A stretch of 64,000 nucleotides of DNA from Amoebidium appalachense (Eukaryota > Protista > Ichthyosporea): the NCBI GenBank assembly GCA_963693365.1, contig CAVNZM010000003.1, positions 4,535,106 through 4,599,105 on the forward strand, read 5' to 3'. Both the position numbers and the translations under genes were made by a program. Position 1 is the first letter of the stretch, and each line of letters begins with the position of its first letter. This document shows positions 1-36,647 of the stretch, piece by piece. Under the pieces are notes generated by a model. The model worked only from the letters and a program-made list of their open reading frames with translations, was not told the DNA's origin and made no database searches.

Positions 1-8
1 CTCTACAG

Positions 9-128
9 GGACAAGGAAGATGAGTGGGACCTTGACCTCAAGGAGGACGTCGAGGATGAATGCAGCAACCACGGCAAGCTGCTTCACATATCCGTAGACA
101 CGGCCTCCCCTTACGTAAGTTTTTGTCA

Positions 129-173
<45 letters not shown>

Positions 174-781
174 GGGGGGGCGAAGTTCCGCCTGTAAATG
201 TGTCTGCCTGCAAGCTTGGGAAGTGTTTGCACGCATGTCTTTCGTTGCTCGTCTTGTACCTTCCAACCCCTTTGTCGTTCCACACCAAGCCAGCTAGGTT
301 TAATACTCCGTCTAGATATTCACGGACAGTTTCCTGGATGGTGTGCACACCCTGCACGCTATTGATTAGCAGATTTATCAAGCGGGTATCCATATCTACC
401 ATAAAATTTGACGGTCAGATATACCTGCAACCAATCACAACGCCTTCTTGGAGGAAGTGGACTCAGTTTGCGCGGAAGCCCGGAACGTGTCCCGTATCAT
501 TTATATAAATTGGATGGTATTCTTGAATAAGGGATTGTATTCTAAAAGGTGTAAATGCAATTTCGGTCACTTTCTACAGACTGAGTGCATGAGGGTGCAT
601 GTTGATGTTTTTTAACCCTTTCTAATTCGTGTTTTTGCAGGGTGCTGTGTATGTCAAGTTTGAGACGGTTGGGGCAGCCAGCAAGGCACAGGCGGCGCTG
701 AATGGGCGGTGGTTTGACGGCCGAAGCATTATTGCTGAGTATGTCCCTGTGGCTACATACGCTGCAAAGTATGGTGTGTGA
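9..781 (+). CDS. RBM39: 3' end (last two coding exons, 9-114 and 641-781) of an RBM39/RBM23 (CAPER-alpha)-like splicing factor, C-terminal UHM domain
   Basis: Acceptor CAG at 6-8, donor GTAAGT at 115, CTAAT branch motif then TTGCAG ending at 640. The spliced peptide DKEDEWDLDLKEDVEDECSNHGKLLHISVDTASPY|GAVYVKFETVGAASKAQAALNGRWFDGRSIIAEYVPVATYAAKYGV* matches the recalled RBM39 UHM pattern (WD..IK.DV.EEC..HG...HI.VD....G.VYVK.....A..A..AL.GRWF.G..I.A.YVP). Confidence 0.88.
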
Positions 782-1136
782 TGTATGTAGGTTTGGTTAC
801 ATTGACGGAAAGTTGGTTACCGTTTCTATCAAACAATTGATCGCGTGAGGTGTGTTGTGTTCCAAGGAAAAGAGAGGCTAGATTTAAATAGACATATCAG
901 TCCATGTAATTACTGCTATTTTCTGCCCCAGTTTGCGGCCTGAAATTCTGTGAATATATGATTGCGGAATGTTGTGGGGTGATTTCTATATTCTTTTTTT
1001 ATCTTTCTTTTTTTGTTTTTTGTTTTATGACGAGGTAGCCGTGAATGGAAGGAAGAGAGTCTTTCCCGATGGAAAAAAATGGCTAGCGAGGGCAGGGCTT
1101 TTTGTGGGTGGGTGGGTGGTGGTGGGGTGGATGTGT

Positions 1137-1167
<31 letters not shown>

Positions 1168-1923
1168 GGGGGGGGGGACATGCATGCACCGTTATATTAA
1201 TGTAACAAACAATATCTGAAAGCTTTCAACACTTTCAGCCTACTGTTGGGTGGGTATCCATCGATCATATTGGTTGTGTAGGTAAGAGTGAGAGACCTAC
1301 AAAAAAAAGGGGCTGAGTGTCCATATAGGTCATATTATACCACTGGCCTGCTATATATTGTTGTCAATGATCATCGCACATTTTGAAATAAAAGTACGAA
1401 CTTTCTGCACTCAATCGCCCTTCCCAGCACTGGTGCCTTTCGCCAAAGCTTTCCATATTTCCAGCGCTGATGCCTTTTGGCATTTCATTATGGTTTCGCC
1501 ATGTCGTTTGACCACTGTTTTACACAAGTACAGAGCGAAATTTCTTTCAGGCACCGGTGCTGGTGGTGCCCGACTAGGGGCATCAAAGCATAACAAGCTT
1601 TACATTAAACACCATGTTTTTTTTGGTTTTCGCATGCTTGGGATTCGTTTGTTCATTCAATACGCGATCTTTGTCATTGCAACTGGGGTCATGGTGTCCG
1701 AAAAGGTCGACCATTGACCATGGCGTCATCCCGGGTCACGACGGACCGGGATCAAAGATGGATTTCCATGAGCTCTGCTGTGCTAACTATTTTCTCAACA
1801 ACAACATTTTATATATCACAACCTGCGCGTTTCATTTCTGAAGTATATTGCGTCAGGAATATACAGCTCTCTTGTGTAGCTACACACGTGCACTACCACC
1901 TACTGAGGCGGTGTCTCCTTTCT

Positions 1924-1954
<31 letters not shown>

Positions 1955-3285
1955 CTGAAAAGGGACCGCTTGAGTAGATGTTAAAACGTCGCACGTGCGG
2001 CAACACGTCAGTACGTGTTAGACACGTGCACCACGATGACTGTATACATAACACACATGCATCACACAATTAACGTGGATCACACACGGAGTACCGGTAT
2101 CTTAGTGAAGGACGGCGTCCTCCTAGGCCGCCGTTCAACATTGATGGCAGGCCACCGAACCGAATTCATGACTATCATGAAATTAGAGCACTTAATGCAC
2201 GAACAGAGAATATTTTTGAGTGTCCAACCAACTTGGAGACTTCAATTTTTATTGCCGTTCTAGTACAAAGTCTCTCCTGAAAGTAGCCTGCAGTGAAGCT
2301 TCATGATCATACAGACTGTACCTGTTGTGCACAGCTGTGTCCACGTGGTAATACTTGCGATCGACATTTCCGGAACGGCTCTGTGATTGGCACATTCAGA
2401 AAGCCGCGACCTTGACGAAATGGATTTTTCCAAAAATAGATAAAAATGTGACCTTATGGTTTGTTAAAAACTGTTGAGTGGCTAACAGGAACTGCTTAGA
2501 GCGTAGTAACTTTTAAAGTCATGCTATCTTAGTTTTGATACGATATCTAGGTGAACTCGTACCACTCAGCCTCACAGCGGCACGCGTGCAGCTTGGCTAG
2601 CAGCTGTCACCGTGCTCAGTTGTACTTTTGCTGCGAAAGATGTAGATGAAATATTTATATAGTAGCACCATAGAAAATGTAAGGCAATTACTCAGCAAGA
2701 TGTTCAGCATCAGATCTTTACTTTTGCAAATGGTCAAACATGATCATGCACAGGATCTGGCGACAAGGGTCGAGAGCTCTAGGGTGAACATATTTACGTG
2801 CTTTGCGTTGATGAGTTTGATCGAATCGGAAAAGAATAATAGTCATCAATCCATCAAACGCGTGCTTGGTTCTCACAATCCCGCGGCAAACTCTACACCA
2901 GCGTAAATGCATTCAAGCACTATTTTATTGTTTTTCTTAAGTTTTTCTTTTAACGAGACCACAAGGCAAAAATAATGATAATACAGATCCTGATTATTTC
3001 GAGAAATGGATCTTATAGTTGGATTATTTGGTATTTTGCCTGCTCAGATTTGCCGTCCGAAATGACAAATCGGCACGGCGTAAAAAAAAATGTTGCGGGC
3101 TTCTCAGAGATTCCACACACCCAGGCGTGTTTCTGTATTCAGAAAGCTTATTTTCACTGCCCGTTTATAAGTAGAGGAGTAGGGTGGTTAATAATGTTGT
3201 ACACTGTGTCAATAGCTTAGCTCATAGATTACCGTAGTCTTAGTACGCACCAGGACGGCACCGGTCGCTCTCACAACCACAAAAC

Positions 3286-4725
3286 ATGTCTCCTAACGTA
3301 GCCACGGGCCTTCTGGCCACTGAGGAAATAAGCACCAAACCAAAGGTTCCAGAGGCTTTGCGCCAAAGAAAGGAGCTCAAGTTGCTGTCTAGAGCAGAAG
3401 TAGCACAGGAATCAGAGAGGACAGGATATACCCTGATCATCATTCACGACAAAATATACAATGTGACGAACTGGATTCCCAAGCACCCGGGTGGCGAGTT
3501 CACCATAAAACTGTTGAACGGAAAAGACGCGACAGACAGCTTTTTTGGCACACACCCTAGTTGGGTGAGCCAACGCTACCTCCCGAGCATGGAGTATGGA
3601 AAGCTCAAGGACGGGCAGGATCTCTCGAAAATTACACAGGATTTCCGCCTGCTGACTCAAAAGATGCACGACGAGGGGCTTTTCGAAACTAACCTGTGGT
3701 ATTACGTTGCCAAGGTGTCTGTGATTCTTTGCATCCTGGGCGTCTCGGTTGCAGGTGTGCTTTATGGGAACAGCTTTTGGGTGCATGTTTTTAGCGGCGC
3801 CGTTATGGGGTTGTTTTGGCAACAAATGGCCTTTGTTGGGCATGACGCAGGCCACAACGGCATAACACACGACCGGGTAAAGGATAGTTGCATCGGGCTC
3901 TTCGTGGGCAACTTTACCACCGGCCTCAGCATAGGGTGGTGGAAGAGAAACCATAACGTGCACCACATTGTCACCAACTCCATCGACAACGACCCGGACA
4001 TTCAACATCTTCCGATCTTTGCCATCACTCCGGCGTTCCTTACACAACCCATCTTCTCCACCTTCTATAAGCGCATCCTCCCCCTCACGGGCGTCACCCA
4101 CCTGTTAATCGGCGTCCAGCACTTTTTGTACTATCCGGTCATGGCAGTTGCACGGTTCAATCTCTACGCCCAGTCTCTCCTTCACGCGCTTGGCTGTGGG
4201 CCGTACAGCCAGGACAACGTTTGGCACCGTGAGTGGCAAAGTGGGACCCTGTTGGGCTTCTGGGTGTGGATTTCTCTTCTTTTGGCGCAACTTCCAGACT
4301 GGAACACACGTTTCTGGTTCTTCCTCATTGCGCACAACGTCGCCGGAATCCTTCACGTGCAGATTACCCTTTCCCATTTTGCCATGCCGACGTACTTCGG
4401 AGTTCCATACGACAACACGGACAACGGTTACCTGGTGACGCAGTTGAAAACATCGATGAATGTTGATAGTGATTGGACCACCGATTGGTTCCATGGGGGT
4501 CTGCAGTTCCAAGTCGAGCACCATCTATGGCCCCGTCTTCCACGGCATAATCTACGTAAGGCAAAGAATTTGCTTGTCCCCCTGTGCGAAAAACACGGGC
4601 TGGAGTATTCGTCATATGGGTTTGTCGAGGCAAACAGGAAGATGTTGGCCAATCTGCGCGAGACAGCTATGCATGCCAAGTGCTTCAGCGAGTTTTTCTG
4701 GGACGCTATCAATCTGCGGGGTTAG
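3286..4725 (+). CDS. Cytochrome b5-fused membrane desaturase, most like delta-8 sphingolipid desaturase (SLD1-type); single exon, 479 aa
   Basis: HPGG heme motif; His boxes HDAGH, HNVHH and QVEHH; WQQMAFVGHD, DPDIQHLP, ILHVQITLSHF and WFHGGLQFQ motifs typical of fungal/plant delta-8 sphingolipid desaturases. Substrate assignment is inference. Confidence 0.93.
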   Translation: MSPNVATGLLATEEISTKPKVPEALRQRKELKLLSRAEVAQESERTGYTLIIIHDKIYNVTNWIPKHPGGEFTIKLLNGKDATDSFFGTHPSWVSQRYLPSMEYGKLKDGQDLSKITQDFRLLTQKMHDEGLFETNLWYYVAKVSVILCILGVSVAGVLYGNSFWVHVFSGAVMGLFWQQMAFVGHDAGHNGITHDRVKDSCIGLFVGNFTTGLSIGWWKRNHNVHHIVTNSIDNDPDIQHLPIFAITPAFLTQPIFSTFYKRILPLTGVTHLLIGVQHFLYYPVMAVARFNLYAQSLLHALGCGPYSQDNVWHREWQSGTLLGFWVWISLLLAQLPDWNTRFWFFLIAHNVAGILHVQITLSHFAMPTYFGVPYDNTDNGYLVTQLKTSMNVDSDWTTDWFHGGLQFQVEHHLWPRLPRHNLRKAKNLLVPLCEKHGLEYSSYGFVEANRKMLANLRETAMHAKCFSEFFWDAINLRG

Positions 4726-4812
4726 GTTGTGTGATGTGTCCAAATATCTATATGCAAACACTACTCAAGGGTCTTTCACGTATGCACAGAGACAGGTGCA
4801 CACACACACACA

Positions 4813-4862
<50 letters not shown>

Positions 4863-5550
4863 TTTTCTCTCCCTGACACACGCACGCGCACGTACACATA
4901 ACGCACACACTGGAGAGCTGAGTCACATAGAGCTCTGACCTTTGTTCCCTTGTGCTTTTGTTGTAGACCATTGCTCTTAGGGCAACACGGCAACATTTAT
5001 GGTGGAATCTGTCCGTTTTGTTGCAACCAAATTGCGAATGTCAGCCCTGTGCAATAGCATGAGCTTTTTTAAACCGTTGTTGCTGTATCTATGTGTACCT
5101 AGAGTCTCCTCGAATCTGGTGATGCTGTGTTTTAAAGGGTGTTTCCCTTAGAATTTATGTCTATTGCTCTGCGACAACCTATATACATATTGAACTGTGT
5201 AAATGAGAGAGAGAGTAAAAGGGTTGCTCGAATAGCTTTGATAATCTCGTCTAAAGTAAATCAAGAATTGTTGGAAAAAAGCCACGCCAAAACCTCCTGG
5301 GATACATAATTATCTTTGTTGCAACCCTTAGCTGCATCTCTCACTTACGATGCTTGTTCACAGCCTTTTCGAACTTGATATCGTGACCCTTTCGAACTTG
5401 ATATCGTGACCCACTGGCAACAAACCAACGACCTTTCATGTTTTGCCACCAACACACCCATTATCCACCCCCGGAAGCACCACCCTCCCTCTTCCTCCCG
5501 GCTCCCCCCCCCTCCCCACACACACACAACACACACACACGGTGTTCTAG

Positions 5551-27914
<22,364 letters not shown>

Positions 27915-28251
27915 GCTGCTTGGACCGTTTCTTTTTCTCCTGGCCATTTTGTTGTTCGTGCGGCTTTGTGCTTTTTCCTTTTTCTCTATTTTTCTATGCA
28001 TAAAAGAAAAAAGGTTTTTCTTATGATGTACATTTTTTGCTGTATTTGAAATAGTTGTGCAAAGTTTAACATGCTTTGCTATTGCAGGGTTTCTGTTTGT
28101 CAGTTGTGTACGTGTGTGTGGAAGGCATGGGGAACGTAACCCGGTATCAATTTTCTTCCTACACTTCTACTATACTTGGCACACTGCCCGATCTCTCCTG
28201 TGACTTTCTAGGAACACACGCATATATTTCAGATACAGTCTCACGCGTGGG

Positions 28252-28347
<96 letters not shown>

Positions 28348-28409
28348 CAGACGTGCACACGCGCACACACACACACACACATGTACAGATGTGCACACGC
28401 GCGTGCGCG

Positions 28410-28499
<90 letters not shown>

Positions 28500-28787
28500 C
28501 CACCCTCATACTCACCCAATTAAATGGCTAATAATACATTGTAAATATCTTTTTGATTTCATAGTGTGATTTAGGATTCGAATCAACAGAATTCGAATGA
28601 TGCCTTTAGAGAATTTTCAACCCCACCTAATCGGAAAACATGAAATATAAAAAACTCGACCGCTCCTTCTATCTGCTCATATTCCCCTTCACGGGCAGGC
28701 GCGCACGTACACACACGCACACGCAAGCACACACAAGCACACGCACACGCACACGCACACGCACACGCACACGCACACGCACACGCA

Positions 28788-28835
<48 letters not shown>

Positions 28836-29090
28836 GCACACACACACAAAAGGTGACGAAGCCCACACACGTGTGGCCGGCCCGTGGGGTTGTGTGTACA
28901 ATATAGGCACATATCCAGCAATATTCCTGCCTTTTAGTAGTACGGTGTGAACACGTACGCTTGCACATTCCGGTGTGTTTCGGCTGGTGAATTTGTTCTC
29001 GTAGTTGTGTAGACGTACCCATGAACGCATGCGAGTGTGCACGTAGCGTGTGTGTATGTGACTGTTGTGTGCGTGTACACGTGTGTGTTC

Positions 29091-29147
<57 letters not shown>

Positions 29148-29211
29148 GGAACAAGAGCTATCGAGGCTGCAGCTGCTGTAAGGGGGAAGGGAGAGCGGGC
29201 AGGCGGGCGGG

Positions 29212-29331
<120 letters not shown>

Positions 29332-30027
29332 TATATGTTCGATGGGAGGGACATAATCTCCACTAGGCAGACGGGACACGCGTTGTGGCCAAAAAAGCAC
29401 ATGTGTTGGCGTCGAGATTCGCCAAAATTCATGATGTAAAACACCGTTTATACAGGCAGAGTCACCTCTGAAACCCGGATATCCGGGTATAAAAAACGGA
29501 AACTCGAAGCTTTTTTAGTGTACATGGTTGAAATGCATGGACGGGTGTTTTTTTTTTGTGACGTTGCAATTACACCGTTTGTGACGTAATAACCGTGACG
29601 TTATAATCTCAAGTCAAAAGCTTCTGCCCCTGATTTTATACGGTAACAACTTATAATGTATACTACTAAGATTTACCATATATCATGCACAAAACGGGCA
29701 GGCTCTGTACACTGCATGAACTAAAACAGAGTAAATTGTCGAAACACACCAAAAACATGAAGAAAAGAAGAAAACCAAAATCGACTGGTCACATGGCTAT
29801 CGGCGCTACATTAGATCTAGATTCTTGTCTCTCTCAAAAAAAAAGAAAAAAGGAAGAGAAAAAAAAAGAACAAAGGAAAACACAATCTGAAAAAGTGAAA
29901 AAAAAGAAAAGAAAACACAATCTGAAAAAGTGAAAAAAAACACAGTCTGAAAAAGTGAAAAGTGAGAATCATCCCATGTGCATTATTCTTTACCCTCCTC
30001 CCCCCCCCCCCCCCCCCAAAACACAAA

Positions 30028-30099
<72 letters not shown>

Positions 30100-30176
30100 C
30101 AAACCAAAATCGTAACACTCTCTTTCTTTCAACCAATCCAATCACGGCTTCATTTCCTTCATTTCAAACCAACCAA

Positions 30177-30646
30177 TCAAACGTGTTCTGGAGCCTGCAA
30201 GTTGCCGCGTGATTGGGTCACGCCCTCCACGCTCCCAAACAGATTTCCCATGTTGTATGCGTCGACATCGACATCCGGCATGCTATTTTGTTGCTCCAAA
30301 AGCGCTTGGTTGTCTTTCTTCTTGCTCGACATCGGCTTGCCGCTGCCCGTGTTCTTGCGGATCAGAAACGCCTGTGTGTGTATGTGTGTGTGTGGGGGGG
30401 GGAGGGGGAGGGCGGGGAGGCGGGGGGGGGGGGGGGGGGGGGGGAGGTGGAGGGGGAGGGGGGGGGGGGGGGGGGGGGAGAAGGAGGGGAGGGGGGAGGG
30501 AAATTAGGGAAGTTTAAGGGGAGGGGGGAGGGGGGGTTAGAAAACGTTACAGAGTAGGTTGCACTCATTCACGACGGAAAAACTATACAGGCTGTGTGTG
30601 GGAGGGCAGAGGAAGAGGGGGGGGAAGCGGGATGAGGTATCGTACT

Positions 30647-30708
<62 letters not shown>

Positions 30709-30907
30709 CGCGCGCATGTGTGTGCGTGTGTGTGCGAGCGCACGCATGTGTGTGAAATGCAAGGAAAATCAGGGGGTAGCAGTGGTAGAATCGGAGGGGT
30801 TGGTTGGTTTAGGATGCATTACACAGTTCGTGACATAGCGTGAACTTTCAGGAACAGCTTCCGAGAGGGAACGGGGTGTGGTGTGTGAAGTGGTGTGTGG
30901 TGTGTCT

Positions 30908-30982
<75 letters not shown>

Positions 30983-32236
30983 GCCGGGGGAGGGAGGGAG
31001 GAGGGGGAGGGGGGGGGGAGGGGGGAAGGGGAAGAACACACCTCAACACGTGTAGTATTTGGGCGCCAAAAGTCACCAGACTTCTTATTCTTTTTGTTGG
31101 AATAGCGCGAAAGGCCAAACACGCACACAATGCACATAACGGGCACCAGAACAAGCAGAGCCACAACAACAATATCGGTCGTGCTCGAATTTCCGTTGTC
31201 GGCGTTCACGCTCGAAGGGAGCGGGGTAGGGGTAGGAATGCTGGCGAAATAAGCACTCGAAGATGATTGGTCCTTTTCCAACTGTTCAAACGACGGGAGG
31301 GAACTGTCAACAGGGAGAGCGGGTTCGTCCGAAGTCGGAGTAGTGGAAAAAGAAGCGTTTTCTTTTTGTTTAAGCGTCACTTGAACGTCGATGGTCTTGT
31401 TCGACTTTTGAATAATCCCGTCCCCGTCGTAGTAGGGGCTCGTGAAATTCAACGTCGTCTCTTGGAACCCCCCAGGGGTCTTATCCTTGATTCCCTCCGG
31501 CATAATGCTCCCGGCATCCTTATCGAGAATGAACTGAATCCGATCGATCTCCTTTTCAACGTACTGAACCACCCCTTCCAATTGGTTGGTTTTCAACTTG
31601 TGCAAAAGCGACGCCAAAAACCCCAGCTGCGAAAATCTCTCCACCTCGATCAAAGCTTCGCACATCTTGGTGGAAGACGCGTTCTGGGCCGGGGTGAGCG
31701 GCGGCGTGGGAGGGGGGGTCTTTTTCTCGCCGCAATCGTCAAATTTCTGCGGACGCTGCACCCAAAGAGTAATTTTCGTGTCGGTGGGGGTCGGATTGGG
31801 ACCCTTTACAGCCCACGAATAGTTTCCGGGACCAATGCACATCTCCAGGGATTGCATTATGATTGGTTGTGGCTCCGGGGTTCCCAATTCGTGGAATCCG
31901 GTTGGGGGGGGTGGGGGGCTAAGTGTGAGATCTTTCGATTCGGCGAGAACAGAGGGACCCTTGCCTGGGAGTTGGTGGATGAGAAGAATGCGACTGTCTG
32001 CCGGACCCTGGAGAAAGGCTTTTGCTGTCTGGTGTTGCTCTGTGTGTGTACGTGTGTACGTTTGTGTGTACGTGTGTGTGTGTGGGGGGGGGGGGGGGGG
32101 GGGGGGATGAGGGGGGAGGAGGGGGGGTGGGGGGAGGAGGAGGAGGAGGAAGGGGAGACGGAAGGGGAGAAGGAAGGGGGGAGGGGGGAGGAGGGTTAGG
32201 GATGCTGGTGTGTGTGTGTGTGTAGTCGGGTGAGTA

Positions 32237-32309
<73 letters not shown>

Positions 32310-32862
32310 AGGTGGGTGATTGAGTGAGTGTGTGAGTGAGTGGGTTGGTGAGTGTATGGTGTGTGTGTTTTCAAAGATGTGCGTACCCGTGTGCACACGT
32401 GTAAGTGTGAGTGTGGATGTGAGTAAGAGTTGGAATGCACCATGTTGCACGCACTTAAGCGTGTGTGGTAGAATTCAGGAATAAGTTAGAGATTTATACA
32501 TGGGGCACATTGATAATTGAATACCAAGAGGTGGCGAGAATGTGCAAGAACGTGCCGTATTTGCAAAAGTGTGTGTGTGTGTCTGTTTTGGTGGTTGGAA
32601 GGGGGGAGGTGGGGAGGGGAGGGGGGGCAAGGGGTACGCACTTGCACAGGCAACATGATGTTTGCAAGCAGAGAGCAGCAAATATCTCACACGGCCTATA
32701 ACAAGCAATGCAACCTATATGTGTAAAAGCCTATCGCTACTGCATGTGATACTTGGACACACAACACGTGCGCAGAAAAATCAGACACAACTGCGCGTCC
32801 ACATCTACCCACTCACTCACTCACTCAACAGTGCGCGTGTGCATGTGTAGCCCCGTGCCAGT

Positions 32863-32925
<63 letters not shown>

Positions 32926-33449
32926 CACGCGCGCGCGCGCGCGTGCGTGTGCGCATGCATGTTGGGGTGGGAGGGCCCGGGTTTAGATGTGGTACACAGT
33001 ACGAGGAAATCACGACGCACAAAGAGATGCAATTATGCGGAAACCAACACATTTAAATAACAAATAAAAATATAAAAAAATAATAAATAAACTAAAAAAG
33101 CAACATGAACATCATCCCAACCTCATGACACAGGGAGGCCCCACATCATGCATACAAGGAGAGCACCTTATCCTTTCGCAATGGGAAAGGAAGGAGGGAG
33201 ATCATTCAGACACTAAAAAAAAAGCACAAGACTCAGGACAGATATAACCCAATGTTGATATGCAATAAGGAACACACAAAAAAGAACTATGCAACATAAG
33301 TAGTGTGTGTGTGTGCACGTGCGTAGGTGTGTGCGAGTGAGTATGCTAGCGTGCACGTGCGCGATTTATGCCCGTGTGTGCGCGTGTGCACGTGTGTGTG
33401 TGTGTGTGCACGTGTGTATGTTCGTGTTTTTGTTTTTTTTTTTTTTTTT

Positions 33450-33488
<39 letters not shown>

Positions 33489-34899
33489 AATGGGGGGGGT
33501 AACCAACCATCCGTAAGTGAAAAGCTCGTTGCAGCCATCTCTGCCTGCATTTCTGCTTTCTCTTCGGCACTGCCGGAGCCCATAAGGGTACCCTGAGGAC
33601 AAACATAAATCGTGAGTAAACAGAATAGAATTTTCGGACTATTTCTTGTGAGTAAACAGAATTTTCGGGCTGTTTTTTGTGAGTAAACAGCATATTCGGG
33701 TTGTTGTTTTGTGAGCGAAGAAAGTATATCAATCGATATCCCGTGTGGTTTGAGAGAAAGCACAAGGGAAAAGCATGTCCAAGAAAATATGTCTCACGCT
33801 TGCCCGATGCACGACAAAACATGAAAACATGTGTGTATGACAAAGTGTTGTAGGCATATTCCGTGTAAGCTAGATGTTGAGGCAAACAAAAACAAAAGGT
33901 GCAGATTGATTTATGGATACCGTTTTTTTTGTTTTTTTTTGTTTTTTTTGTTATAGAGAATAGAGAGACCAAGGAAAGCGATTCTCATGTATGATACCCT
34001 TTTTATAGAGAATAGGGAGAGACTGAGAAAAGCTATGTTATTTAGCGCTAAAGCCGCTATTTCGTTCCATCTGCAAAATATGCGAGCTCATCGTTAGATG
34101 GGACACTGTGCTATTTAGGGAGTAATAGAAGGCTTTGTGGGAGTGAGGGTTAACAATAACATGGGACAAGGGATAAGTAAACATAGAGCCTGAATAGGTC
34201 ATAGCGTCCAAAGGTGAACATGGAAAAAGAATCCACAAAAAAAGAAACAACAAAAAGTACAAGGAAAAAACAGACGGCCAACAAATTTCAAACGGGAAAG
34301 CAGGGAGCATAGCATAACCGGTACAGAACTGTCGTTGATCATCTCTGTTTGCTTTTCATGGTTGTGCTTAGGCTGTAGCTCAACGCGCAAAAGATCGAAG
34401 TGCTCGTGATGTATAGCTCATAATGCGCAAACCATTGAATTGCTCAAATGCTGAAATCGAATATAGAGCATAGCGCCCATCCTAGGGAAGGCCCAACTTA
34501 ACCACAATGCACGAGCTTGAAGGAGGATTGAGGGTGGGAGGTGGGGGCAGTTTCGAGAAAGGGATACCGGGTGTGTCTGTGGGAGGAGGTGAACATGTGT
34601 GCGGCGCGAAGGGGGGGTGTGATTGAGTGGCTGTGTGTGTGCGTGTGTTTACAAGAAAAAGAAACGTGGGTGGTTGTATGTGTATGGAGAAAGGGGAGGG
34701 GGAGGGGGAGGGGGCTGTAAGGATTGGGGGAGGAGGGAGGGGGAGGTAAGGGAGGGTGGAGCACCTCAAACATGCGGCAATTGACTTCATGTTCGCCACA
34801 GGTTGGGGCAATGGCTGCTTTGACCGGGTCAACATCGGCCGCAAAAATAAGATTGGTTTGCAAGGCTATCGCCACTGCAGTGGTTGCTGCTTTCAACAT
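30177..34899 (-). CDS. Uncharacterised type-I single-pass membrane protein
   Basis: Exons 34899-34765 (signal-peptide-like MLKAATTAVAIALQTNLIFA), 33592-33508, ~32695-32642, ~32007-31042 (ectodomain, S/T/P stalk, TM IVVVALLVLVPVMCIVCVFGL, basic stop-transfer RYSNKKNKK) and 30371-30177 (stop). One phase junction is unresolved. Confidence 0.75.
33596..33720 (-). repeat. ~31-36-bp tandem repeat with TTTACTCAC motifs upstream of an acceptor
   Basis: GTGAGTAAACAG occurs three times on the + strand, immediately before the minus-strand acceptor at 33593-33595. Confidence 0.75.
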
Positions 34900-36477
34900 T
34901 TTTGTGCGTGTGAATTATACTTGGACACCCTGTAACTTACGTGAGTGACTAGGTCACCTGATCTGTAATAGTTGTGTGAAACAACACAGTTTGGTTTCGA
35001 GTATTTGTGCGTTCAGTTGGCGTTGTGGTATCCTTAATGACAAACACCATAAGGGGCCTATGCCCACCCCAAAATTGAAAACCCACGTGGTTTTTGAGAA
35101 GAAAACTGACGTTTCTAGTACAACCCCAGCAGTGTGTGCAAACTTGAGGGCACTTTTCGCGAGCTGGACTACGCACACGCGCACTGATTTCTTGTGGGAG
35201 GAGAAAACAAAGTAAGAAAGTTTTGATATGTTGGTTGTCACCTACACATGCACTATTTGTCTTGCTTATAGAAATTGTCTTGCGTTACGTTGAACAGCAT
35301 ATAGCGCACAACAATCAATAGAGTGAGTGTAGTTGCCAGCGTTCGTATCAATTTCTGTAAGCGGTTAGGTGCTGTTCTCTCTATACCTGTCAATACCAAT
35401 GATGGGGGATCAACCCAAATATGCTTCTTACTTTTGATGAGATGGTAAGCAATTTAGCAAAGGAAATATTATCATATTCCTGTTGTAAATCTTTAATTTT
35501 TGTTTTTGAGGTTTTTTGGCAGTCCTGTGCACATCAAGCATACCTATGACTGCCGTAAACGCGTAGGCAAGGTGTTTTGCACGGAATAGTCATTATTAAA
35601 AAAATATATATATTCGGCCGCTAATTATATCATAATTCACTTACTGTGGGTGTAGGAGTATCTAAGCCGCTGGTAGCAAACTATGTTGATTGGTAAATTT
35701 TATCTATCTGGGTAGGAGAAGCGCCAAATTAAGTCACTTAAGTAGGAGCTTTAAGAGCTTTAACTGTCCTTTAAAATGTTTTTAAAATGTTTAAATTATT
35801 TAAACCAATTAATCTTTAATGTTAAAGGTAATCCAGGTACATTTTTAAGAAGCGATGGTATGTGTCGCACGCAGTTCCCACTGGCCGCTCTAAAAACTTC
35901 CTCGCGCGTCACCTTATCTTCGTGTGTGTCGTCGAAACAAATCCAAGAGTATTTTGACGCAAATAGAGAGCAATCATATATTATATATAACAAATGTGCC
36001 CTTTCATCGCACCACAAGCGTATCATCCTCTCGTGACACAGCCACATCATCACTTTGGCCATGGATTCCGGGCGTCACCAATCATGGTGTAAAAACCAAG
36101 CATGCATACCGATGTTTCATGACAAACATTGAGCAATCAAGATGACCGCCGTGCCGGCGGCCACCGTGAGTGAAGGTGCATGCATGCGTGAGTGAGCCAC
36201 GTGCATGCTGCACGGTGGCCAAGGACAACTTGTCCGGGTGGGGTGCACGTGGGGGAAAGGGGCGAGGAGGGGGGGGGAGGGGGGAGGAGGGGAGGGGAGG
36301 CCTAGGGGGGAGAGGAGGGGGTTGGGGGGGGGGGGGGAGGGGGGGGTTGGTGGAAGGCGCCGCTAGCTACTCCTTGAGCTCCCCCTCTCCTCGGGAAGGT
36401 GATATTAATATCAGGGCTCGGAGACTCTCGAGCGCGTCTCTCACTCACGCTCCCTCTCCCTCTCCCTCCCTCTCTCT

Positions 36478-36647
<170 letters not shown>

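Noticed and set aside
1411-1596. HMG-box-like minus-strand peptide (..FALYL..EIWKAL)
   Set aside because: Only a loose resemblance, with no start or splice support.
3412-4712. Antisense and alternative-frame ORFs over the desaturase (and similar ones over 56198-57841 and 31267-32199)
   Set aside because: Shadow ORFs of genuine CDSs with no domain signatures.
5367-5412. 23-bp tandem duplication TTTCGAACTTGATATCGTGACCC
   Set aside because: Two-copy local duplication with no evident function.
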